Shown piece after piece: positions 8,153-14,750 of a DNA stretch of 24,560 nt. The stretch spans positions 1-24,560 of the forward strand of contig MGNZ01000136.1 in NCBI GenBank assembly GCA_001795235.1. The letters run 5' to 3'. A model generated the notes under the pieces. The model did no database searches, was not told the origin of the DNA, and saw only the letters and a program-made list of their open reading frames with translations. The stretch is from Chloroflexi bacterium RBG_16_64_32 (lineage in GTDB: Bacteria; Chloroflexota; Dehalococcoidia; SM23-28-2; RBG-16-64-32). Made by a program: the position numbers and the translations under genes. Each line of letters opens with the position of its first letter. Position 1 is the first letter of the stretch.

Positions 8153-8434
8153 CCGAAGCAGTTACAGCGCTAGGCTGAACGACCCTTGCGGGCTCAATAA
8201 CGACCTGTGGCCGCTTCTTGCGATCGGGACGATTGCGGCGTGGAGCTAGCGCGGGTGTGACCGATAGCCAGCACCCCCGCTATCACGACGCGCATCTTCG
8301 CGTGACCTCCAGCAGCTATGGCAGCGTTTAGGTTGGTCGTATCCTAGTTCACCAGATAGCCCTTGTTCTTCGGCGCTGAAGGTGAAGGACAGACTGCAGT
8401 CGCGACAGGTGAGATTCTTGTCCTGGTAGCTCAT
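8153..8434 (-). pseudogene. Zinc-ribbon (zf-trcl-like) plus degraded CxxC-x17-CxxC protein; open frame 8246..8434
   Basis: SD GAGGAG, MSYQDKNLTCRDC..FTFSAEEQ...GY..PKRCHSC; in-frame TAG at 8246-8248 followed by LHAAI and frameshifted PD...QV..EP.QGS...CNCF resembling the usual second domain. Confidence 0.55.
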
Positions 8435-8535
8435 GGGTGATCTCCTCTCTTCCAAAGTTGGATCAGTTCGGGTCACCACGAGCCCAGGTCGCTAGGCTAA
8501 AGCCTGAGGGGGCCTAAACGTTCGCCACTGGCAAG

Positions 8536-8546
8536 AGTATACCACA
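8536..8546 (-). promoter_or_regulatory. Extended -10 promoter (TGTG-G-TATACT) for the minus-strand small-gene cluster
   Basis: TGTGGTATACT ~100 nt upstream of the 8434 start; the same TGGTATACT core precedes rnpB. Confidence 0.55.
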
Positions 8547-8756
8547 GTTGTCCGCAAGCGGACTCGGTCATGGGGTTACGGCCGTCGGAGCCAAACCCAA
8601 GACGAGACCATTGCGGTCCTAGAGGAGTCCGCCAGCCTCGCCGAGCCACGAGCGCTCTCTCCGTTGTCTTGACGCCCCGCCGGCTGGTTCCGGGCATCCC
8701 GATGGCCTCCATCAGCAGCCTCGGCCTATCGCGGTCTGCAGCCTGCCGTGAAGCAG

Positions 8757-8797
8757 GGCCCGTCACCTCGCCTAGGCGCTCAGGGTGACGTCCCCCG
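8757..8797. repeat. Right copy of the imperfect direct repeat, overlapping the last codons and stop of birA
   Basis: GGCCCGTCACC-TCGCCTAG-GCGCTCAGGGTGACG-T-CCCCCG; identical blocks of 11, 15 and 6 nt shared with 6067-6105. Confidence 0.7.
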
Positions 8798-9551
8798 CCT
8801 CCACGGTGGCCAGGGAGCCATCGTCGCGCCGGATGAGGAGGCTTCCTTCGGCGTTGACATCCTCGGCCACGCCCTCCTCTACACGCTCGCCGAGGGTGGC
8901 GCGGACGCGGCGGCCCAGCGTCTCCAGCCGCGACCGCCAGGCGCGGAACGGGGCGTCGCCCTCGAGCGCCTCCGCGTAGCGCGACTCGAAGGCGTTAAGA
9001 AGCGCCGCCAGCACCTCCTCCCGCGAGCCCTCGCGGCCCAGCTCCCGGCGCACGCTGGTCGCGATGCCGGCGATCTCCGGCACCGCCTCCACGTCGAGGT
9101 TCACGTTCACCCCCATCCCCACCAGGGCGTACTTCACCGCTTCGCCTGCCAGGTCGGCCTCGATGATCACGCCCGAGATCTTGCGACCCCGGACGAGCAC
9201 ATCGTTGGGCCACTTGATTCGGCAGCTCAGCCCGGCAGCCGCCTCCAGCGCCTCCGCTACTGCCAGCGGCGCGACGATGCTCAGGAACCTGAGCCGACTG
9301 GCAGGCGGCCGCATGACCAGGGTGAGGTACAGGTTCTTTCCAGCCGGTGAGACCCATGGACGACCCAGACGGCCGCGTCCGCCGGTCTGCTCCTCGGCCA
9401 GCACGGCGGTGCCGCTGGGGGCGCCTTGCTCCGCCTCCGCGCGGGCGACGTCCTGGGTGGAGGCCGTGCGCGTGAGGTACAGGAGGTGTCTCCCCACGTA
9501 ACGAGTGGTCAGCCCTTCCTCGACCAGGGCCAGGTTCAGCCACAGAGCCAT
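8772..9551 (-). CDS. birA: Biotin--[acetyl-CoA-carboxylase] ligase, without HTH domain
   Basis: STQD, AEEQTGGRGRLGRPW.SP, KWPNDVL..GRKISGVIIE, GMGVNVN; no N-terminal HTH. Start placed at ATG 9551 because the longer frame runs through a terminator. Confidence 0.93.
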   Translation of the reverse strand: MALWLNLALVEEGLTTRYVGRHLLYLTRTASTQDVARAEAEQGAPSGTAVLAEEQTGGRGRLGRPWVSPAGKNLYLTLVMRPPASRLRFLSIVAPLAVAEALEAAAGLSCRIKWPNDVLVRGRKISGVIIEADLAGEAVKYALVGMGVNVNLDVEAVPEIAGIATSVRRELGREGSREEVLAALLNAFESRYAEALEGDAPFRAWRSRLETLGRRVRATLGERVEEGVAEDVNAEGSLLIRRDDGSLATVEAGDVTLSA

Positions 9552-9578
9552 CGCATTGAGGATAGCTGTAGAGGGCAA

Positions 9579-9610
9579 CAAAAAACCAGCCGGTTTCGGC
9601 TGGTTTTTTG
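9579..9610. terminator. Bidirectional intrinsic terminator
   Basis: CAAAAAACCAGCCG-GTTT-CGGCTGGTTTTTTG perfect inverted repeat with T tracts on both strands. Confidence 0.85.
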
Positions 9611-9648
9611 TGCTAGGCACGCAGACCTGTCCACGCGCCTTTCAGCTA

Positions 9649-9720
9649 TTACACCTGCACCTCAGAGAGGTGACGGTGCGAATGGACAGGCCTACGGCCA
9701 TCGCTAGGTTTATCGCCCAT
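9649..9720 (-). CDS. 23-aa small ORF (MGDKPSDGRRPVHSHRHLSEVQV) in a structured transcript
   Basis: Perfect SD AAAGGAGGTGA (9736-9726), 8 nt from GGAGG to ATG, double stop TAA TAG, own promoter and terminator. Confidence 0.5.
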   Translation of the reverse strand: MGDKPSDGRRPVHSHRHLSEVQV

Positions 9721-9746
9721 TCACATCACCTCCTTTCCTGCCCAGC

Positions 9747-9775
9747 ATCGTATCACGGGCGTCAAGGCCCTACAA
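9747..9775 (-). promoter_or_regulatory. Sigma70-type promoter for the sORF/structured RNA unit
   Basis: TTGTAG (9775-9770), 17-nt spacer, TACGAT (9752-9747). Confidence 0.5.
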
Positions 9776-9810
9776 GCCCGCGGGCGAAGATTGAAGGATA
9801 TAGGAAGCCG

Positions 9811-11325
9811 TTATCCGCGCGCCGGGAACAGCTCCCGCAGCACCCGCCGGGCCACCTCGCGGTCATCGCAATCGTAGGAGCCGCCGGCCAGGTGCACCTC
9901 GCGCTCGTGCCCCTTGCCGGCCAGAAGCACCACGTCCTCGTCCACCGCCATCGCCAGCGCCTGCGCGATCGCCTCGGGGCGGTCGGGCACCGGGGCAAAG
10001 TCGTGCCCCTCCTTCCTGCCGGCCTCGCGCAGCCCCCGTGCAATCTCAGCTATGATCGCGTCCCGGTCCTCCGAGTACGGGTTGTCGTCCGTCACGTACG
10101 TGTAGTCAGCCAGCTCGGCCGCAACCTGTCCCATCGCATATCGCCGCTGTTTGTCCCGCTCCCCTATGCACCCAAACACAGCGATGACGCGGCCGCGGCT
10201 GCTGGCCCGCAGCTCCTCCAGCACCCGCCGCAGCGACTCCGGCGCGTGGGCGAAATCGACGACGACGCTGAAGGGCTGGCCCTCGTCCACCCGCTCCATG
10301 CGGCCCGGCGCCCCCGGCCAGGACTCCAGCCCGCGCACGATGGTCGGCAGCTCCAGGCCCAAGGCCAATCCGGCCGCCGTGCCTGCGAGGGCGTTCGCGA
10401 CGTTGAACGCTCCCGGCCGGGCCAGACGGATGTCCGCCTCTCCAGCCGGTGTCCGCAACCGGCACCGCGTACCCCATCCCTCCGGCCGCACGTCCGTCCC
10501 CGATACGTCCGCCTCCGTGCCACGCCCGTAAGTAGCGATCCGGGCGGCCGTAAGCGACTGAAAGTAGCGGTGGGCGGGATCGTCGGCATTGAGCACCGCC
10601 GTCTTGACAACGCCTTTGTCCAGAGCGCCATCCAGCATCTCGAACAGGCGCCCCTTGGCTGCCAGGTACTCCTCCCGCGAAGGGTGAAAGTCCACGTGGT
10701 CGCTGCCCACGTTGGTCATTACCGCCAGATCGAACTCGCATCCGTCCAGCCGGTGCAGGGCCAGCCCGTGAGAGGTGGCCTCCAGCACAGCGTAGCGACA
10801 GCCCGCCTCCACCGTCTGCGCCAGCATACCCTGTACCTGGGGCGCCTCCGGTGTGGTGAAGCGATCGCTATCCGCCAGCGCTCGCCCGGCCGCACGATTC
10901 TCCGCTGTGCTCATCAGCCCCACGCGCTCGCCGGCCGACTCCAGGACGTGAGCGATGAGATGGCTTAGGCTCGTCTTGCCGTCGGTGCCCGTAACACCGA
11001 TGACGATGAGCTGGCGCGCGGGCCAGTCGAAGAGAGCGGCAGCAGCAGCGGCCAGCGCTGTGCGCGTGTCCGGCACGACCACGCCGGGCACGTCCAGCGC
11101 TGCCCAGTCGGTTCGACGGTCCGCCTGCACCAGAAGCGCTGCGGCGCCGGCGGCCACCGCCTGGCGGGCGAAATCGTGGCCGTCGACGCGGAATCCCGGC
11201 ACGGCCACGAACAGGGCCCCCGGCCGGACCCGGCGCGAGTCATACTCGATCGCGTCGAAGCCGATATCGCCGGAGCCGATAATCTTCGCCCCTGGAAGGT
11301 GAGCCGCTAGTTCCCTCAGAATCAT
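9811..11325 (-). CDS. murE: UDP-N-acetylmuramoyl-tripeptide synthetase (Mur ligase E)
   Basis: YDSRRV, DGHDF, GVTGTDGKTS P-loop, TTPEA, EATSHGL, NVGSDH.DFH, DFAH, GERD, DDNPYSED, AGKGHE. ATG at 11325 preferred. Confidence 0.93.
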   Translation of the reverse strand: MILRELAAHLPGAKIIGSGDIGFDAIEYDSRRVRPGALFVAVPGFRVDGHDFARQAVAAGAAALLVQADRRTDWAALDVPGVVVPDTRTALAAAAAALFDWPARQLIVIGVTGTDGKTSLSHLIAHVLESAGERVGLMSTAENRAAGRALADSDRFTTPEAPQVQGMLAQTVEAGCRYAVLEATSHGLALHRLDGCEFDLAVMTNVGSDHVDFHPSREEYLAAKGRLFEMLDGALDKGVVKTAVLNADDPAHRYFQSLTAARIATYGRGTEADVSGTDVRPEGWGTRCRLRTPAGEADIRLARPGAFNVANALAGTAAGLALGLELPTIVRGLESWPGAPGRMERVDEGQPFSVVVDFAHAPESLRRVLEELRASSRGRVIAVFGCIGERDKQRRYAMGQVAAELADYTYVTDDNPYSEDRDAIIAEIARGLREAGRKEGHDFAPVPDRPEAIAQALAMAVDEDVVLLAGKGHEREVHLAGGSYDCDDREVARRVLRELFPARG

Positions 11326-11338
11326 CGCCACAGATAAC

Positions 11339-11356
11339 AACGGCCTCGCGGCCGTT
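11339..11356 (-). terminator. Hairpin after rnpB (weak terminator or processing hairpin)
   Basis: AACGGCC-GCGA-GGCCGTT with GNRA loop on the minus strand, followed by GTTATCT (poor U tract). Confidence 0.4.
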
Positions 11357-11371
11357 GCGTTTCCCTAGAGC

Positions 11372-11753
11372 GGCCCAGCAGACCTGTAGGCCGAGTTCTG
11401 TAGTCCGCCAGGGCGGACCGGTGACCATCAATCTAGCCCCGCCGTTGCCAGCGGGGTCCAGCGGCCAACCCGAGAGCGTCGGGCCGGGCGCCCTTTCCCG
11501 CCCGTGGCGGGAGCCCTCCTATTTGGCCTTGCTCCGCGCGGGGTTTAGCCGGCCTCCGGCTCACACCGGAGCCGGTGGGCTCTTACCCCACCATTTCACC
11601 CTTACCCCGATTGCTCGAGGCGGTATGTTTCTGTGCCACTTTCCGTCGGGTCACCCCGCCTGGGCGTTACCCAGCGCGCTGCCCGGTGGAGCTCGGACCT
11701 TCCTCCCGTCCCCGCCCAGGGCGGGAACCGGCGGTCACCCGGTCTGCTGGACC
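11372..11753 (-). ncRNA. rnpB: RNase P RNA, bacterial class A
   Basis: Minus strand has GAGGAAGGUCCGAGCUC near the 5' end, GAAAGUG.CACAGAAA, GGGUGAAA.GGUGGGGUAAGAGCCCACC, GGCUAAACCCC...GGAGCAAGGCCAAAUAGG, and ACAGAACUCGGCCUAC near the 3' end; P1 helix CCAGCAGACC / GGUCUGCUGG. Confidence 0.97.
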
Positions 11754-11759
11754 AACCAC

Positions 11760-11768
11760 AGTATACCA
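11760..11768 (-). promoter_or_regulatory. Extended -10 promoter of rnpB
   Basis: TG-G-TATACT ending ~6 nt before the predicted P1 5' end. Confidence 0.65.
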
Positions 11769-11857
11769 TCGTTGGGCTTGACCAGAACGTAACGCAAACG
11801 CGGCGGCGGCATCCTAAGCTTGTTCGTGCTGGGGTGAAGGCTCAGGAGGTGGATGAG

Positions 11858-12061
11858 GTGGAATGTCCCATGTGCCGCGGCAACCGGAGTTGCCCGGAGT
11901 GCGATGGCCTGGGCGAGGTGACCTGCGACGCCTGCGACGGCCGTGGCACTGACTGCGAGCAGTGTCACGGTGAGGGCCGCTACATTTGCAGGCCATGCGA
12001 TGGCACCGGCGCTTGCCCGCGCTGCAAGGGCGAGGGAGAGATGCAGCCGGAGCGACCGTAG
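11858..12061 (+). CDS. Stand-alone DnaJ-type CxxCxGxG zinc-finger protein (67 aa, 12 Cys)
   Basis: Six CxxCxG(xG) repeats: CPMCRG, CPECDGLG, CDACDGRG, CEQCHGEG, CRPCDGTG, CPRCKGEG; SD AGGAGG 8 nt before GTG 11858. Confidence 0.8.
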   Translation: MECPMCRGNRSCPECDGLGEVTCDACDGRGTDCEQCHGEGRYICRPCDGTGACPRCKGEGEMQPERP

Positions 12062-12064
12062 CCC

Positions 12065-12478
12065 CTAGCCGCGATCGAGCGCTTCGTTTGCCAGCTTGTC
12101 GGCGCGGCGGTTCCCGTCCCTCCGCACGTGCCGCACACTGAACGACGTGAACCGCCATTGCAGGTCTTTCACGCGTCCAAACAGACGCCGCAATGAGGGA
12201 TTACGTACCTTGTACCGCGAGTCGAGCTGGCGAACCACCAGCTCGGAGTCCATACGCAGCTCTACGTCGCGCGCACCCAGGGCCAGGGCCGCCTCTAGAC
12301 CGGCGATAGCAGCGCGATACTCCGCCTCGTTGTTCGTTGCCCGGCCAATGCGGCGGGACACGGTGTGGACCTCCTTCCCGGCCTCATCGAAGAGGGCAGC
12401 CCCGACCGAGGCGGGCCCGGGATTCCCGCGCGAGGCGCCGTCAACGTAGATGACCCACTTGGCGGCAGCCGCTCCCAC
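12065..12478 (-). CDS. rnhA: Ribonuclease HI (short RNase HI-like family)
   Basis: YVDGASRGNPGPA, TNNEAEY, DSELVVRQ, NRRADKLAN: D/E/D/D active site intact. Confidence 0.93.
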   Translation of the reverse strand: MGAAAAKWVIYVDGASRGNPGPASVGAALFDEAGKEVHTVSRRIGRATNNEAEYRAAIAGLEAALALGARDVELRMDSELVVRQLDSRYKVRNPSLRRLFGRVKDLQWRFTSFSVRHVRRDGNRRADKLANEALDRG

Positions 12479-13875
12479 TACAGCCTCAGGAAGACCTCGA
12501 CACCATCGTCGCGCACCACCACCCGCTCCAGGAGCTGGCGTAGCACCTCATAGCGCTCCGGGAACGTCAACTGCTCCCACTGCTCGCGGCACCGGGTCAA
12601 CGCATCCTGCTGCCGCTGCCGCCGTTCCGCCACCGAGGTCCGCTGCTGGGCCAGCCGCCGTCGCTCCGCGAGGGCTTCCTCGGTGGAGAGTTGCTCGCCG
12701 GCCACCTCAAGACCCAATGAACGAAGCCGTTCATCATTGATGCGACCGCTGGAGGCGGCATCCAGATATTGCTCGAGCCGCCGATCGAGCCGCCGCATCT
12801 TGTCTCGGAGCTTCTTCGTCTGTGCCTCGACGCGAGCCCGCTCATCATCCGCCACGGACCCCGGCATCTCCGCCTGGCCGCTCACAAGTGCGCTCTGTAC
12901 CTCGTCGTCCAGAGCCTCGGCGCGGCGGGTGTGGTAGTCACACAAGCTGCGGTTGGTGCGCGACTCGCACTGATAGTACCGGTAGAGTGCAGAGCGCATC
13001 TCCCCGTCGCTCCGTCTCTGCCAGCGCTGCCTGCGGGTGACGCCGATCATCTTGTTCCCGCAGTAGCCGCAGTGGGCCAAGCCGGAAAGCAAGAACCGAG
13101 ATGTCTCACGGACAACAGACTTGGGGCGACGCTGGTCGAGCTGCTCCTGCACGCGGCCGAAGTCCGCAGGCGAAATCAGGGGCGGATGGCTGGCCGGCAC
13201 TCTCACCCCGAAGCGACTGTAGGTGCCCACGTATGCCCGATTGCGCAGGATGTCCCGCACAGTCACCATGCTCCAGAGACCGCCGCGGCGGGTGTGCAGC
13301 GCTTCCTCGTTCAGGCGCCGGGCGATGCGCCGTATGCCCAAGCCATCCTTTATATACAGCCGGAAGATATATCGCACGACCGAACCCTCTTCCGGCACGA
13401 CCTGAAGCCGCCGCCGCGGTCCTACGCAGTACCCGTACGGCGGGCGGCCCAGAGCCTCACCCTTGACCGCCTTCCTGCGCATGGCGGCCCGCACCCGTTC
13501 TCCCAGGCGGCCGTTCTTGCGGGCTGCCGCCCACTGCGTCAGCAGCTCGGTCCCCGCGTCATCGCCATCGTCCATCGTCACCACGCTCGCACCCAAACTG
13601 GAAAGCTCGAAGTATCGCCGCGCCGACTCCGTCAGGTCGTCGCCCAACCCTGCCAGATCAGGCACGGCCACCAGCATAAACCCACGCTGGCGCTGATTGC
13701 GGAGGAACCCCACCAACTGCTGGAAGCCTACAACTTCATCAGGCATCTGAGTGGATTCGAGGAAGACGGCCGCCGCTTCATAGCCGTTGCGGCGACAGAA
13801 CTCCAGGAACGCCTTGCTCTGCTCCGCCAGCGGCATCTTGTCCTTCCGCTCCCTGAAGTAGCCTATCGCCCGCAT
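12478..13875 (-). CDS. Large serine recombinase-family protein (resolvase, recombinase, zinc ribbon, coiled coil), apparently catalytically inactive
   Basis: GRPPYGY, VRYIFRLY...IARRLN...W....VRDILRNRAYVG, HPPLIS, LLSGLAHCGYCGNKM, YYQC...C. N-terminal YFRER replaces YxRVS; AGLGD replaces DRLxR. Confidence 0.88.
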   Translation of the reverse strand: MRAIGYFRERKDKMPLAEQSKAFLEFCRRNGYEAAAVFLESTQMPDEVVGFQQLVGFLRNQRQRGFMLVAVPDLAGLGDDLTESARRYFELSSLGASVVTMDDGDDAGTELLTQWAAARKNGRLGERVRAAMRRKAVKGEALGRPPYGYCVGPRRRLQVVPEEGSVVRYIFRLYIKDGLGIRRIARRLNEEALHTRRGGLWSMVTVRDILRNRAYVGTYSRFGVRVPASHPPLISPADFGRVQEQLDQRRPKSVVRETSRFLLSGLAHCGYCGNKMIGVTRRQRWQRRSDGEMRSALYRYYQCESRTNRSLCDYHTRRAEALDDEVQSALVSGQAEMPGSVADDERARVEAQTKKLRDKMRRLDRRLEQYLDAASSGRINDERLRSLGLEVAGEQLSTEEALAERRRLAQQRTSVAERRQRQQDALTRCREQWEQLTFPERYEVLRQLLERVVVRDDGVEVFLRL

Positions 13876-13876
13876 G

Positions 13877-14578
13877 TTAGTTCACCAGCAGAATCCGCTC
13901 GCAGTTAACACACCGGACCAGGCCGAGGCCGGAGCGCGCCTTTTGGAGGAGGGACATGGGCAAGGTGATGCGGCACCCCCGACAGAGGCCCCGTTCGACT
14001 ATGGCCACGGCCGGTCCCTGCCAACGCTCCCGGAGAGCCTGGTAAATGCTAAGGGCCGCTGCGTCCATGCCGTCCACCTGACCGTCACGCTTGGCCTCAA
14101 GGGCCTCAATGTCTTCCTTGAGCGTCGCCTGCGTGGCCCTAAGGGAAGCCTGGCTGGCCTCCCAGGAAGCTTCGATCTCCTCCAGCGCAGCCTCCGCATC
14201 CTTGAGGGCGGTCTCAGCCTCATCCAGCTCCAGCATTACCTCCAGCAGGGCGTCTTCGCGCTTCCTCAACTGCGCACGCAGTGAGGTAAGGTCGGCCTGC
14301 AAGTCTTCCAGTTCTTTGGGGTTGCGCACGTTACCAGCGTAGAGCCTCTTTTCAATATCGCTGGCTTTTCCCCGCACCTCTTCCGCCTCCCAGTCCAACC
14401 CCTTCTGACTATTCCGCAGCTGCTCAACCTTCTCCCGACACGGGCCCACCCGCTCGCGGGCGGTGATTAACTCCTCTATCTCGCCAAGCTGGGCCTCAAC
14501 GTCGGTCAGACTTGCCACGGTACCATCGATAGCCAGATCAGTTTCCTGAAGCGCATACAGCTCAGCAGCGGTGGTCAT
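13877..14578 (-). CDS. Coiled-coil protein with C-terminal C4-type zinc ribbon (DUF164-like)
   Basis: Long heptad region, then AVAIVERGLCRGCRITLP...CVNCERIL; start at ATG 14578 (M..AAELYALQETD). Confidence 0.88.
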   Translation of the reverse strand: MTTAAELYALQETDLAIDGTVASLTDVEAQLGEIEELITARERVGPCREKVEQLRNSQKGLDWEAEEVRGKASDIEKRLYAGNVRNPKELEDLQADLTSLRAQLRKREDALLEVMLELDEAETALKDAEAALEEIEASWEASQASLRATQATLKEDIEALEAKRDGQVDGMDAAALSIYQALRERWQGPAVAIVERGLCRGCRITLPMSLLQKARSGLGLVRCVNCERILLVN

Positions 14579-14643
14579 CGCAAAAGAGCAAGGGCGGCCT
14601 CTCGGGACGGTTGATGAACGGGCTGGACAATGCCTGCAGCGTG

Positions 14644-14672
14644 ATAATAGACTTAGCCCTGGGCGTTGACAA
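14644..14672 (-). promoter_or_regulatory. Sigma70-type promoter for the zinc-ribbon/recombinase/rnhA operon
   Basis: TTGTCA (14672-14667), 17-nt spacer, TATTAT (14649-14644). Confidence 0.6.
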
Positions 14673-14750
14673 GGTGCCAGCACGCGTCCAGCGTGAACAT
14701 CTTGGCCAAGTTCTGTCCGGCACGGATGAGACCGTCAGGGTTTTGCTACG

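Larger units (their letters stand above)
6106..8756. mobile_element. Putative decayed integrated segment between slipin and the birA 3' end
   Basis: Bounded by the imperfect direct repeat; visibly less GC-rich than flanks (by eye, not computed); only short ORFs and pseudogenes; no integrase or transposase seen. Confidence 0.45.

Noticed and set aside
8496-8580. Resemblance to the c-di-GMP-I riboswitch (GCTAAAGCC...GGCCTAAAC...GGGGTTAC)
   Set aside because: No GGCAAA/GAAA P1 element, the P2 pairing does not form, and no downstream gene on that strand.
8497-8766. Minus-strand 89-aa ORF and plus-strand 8570..8788
   Set aside because: No SD or recognisable motif; overlaps the promoter and repeat; likely non-coding.
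9620-9695. Hammerhead ribozyme, glycine riboswitch or SRP RNA identity for the structured element
   Set aside because: Conserved cores (CUGAnGA/GAAA pairing, GGAGAG/CCGAAG, CAGGUCCGGAAGGAAGCAGC) are absent.
9505-10968. 487-aa plus-strand ORF
   Set aside because: Antisense shadow of murE in high-GC DNA.
11633-11857. N-terminal extension of the 142-aa ORF 11633..12061
   Set aside because: Overlaps rnpB antisense; the true start is near the SD at 11844-11849.
12478-13875. Recombinase as marker of an active prophage/ICE
   Set aside because: No catalytic Ser, no cargo or flanking att repeats, and it is translationally coupled to housekeeping genes.
12769-13908. 379-aa plus-strand ORF
   Set aside because: Antisense shadow of the recombinase gene.
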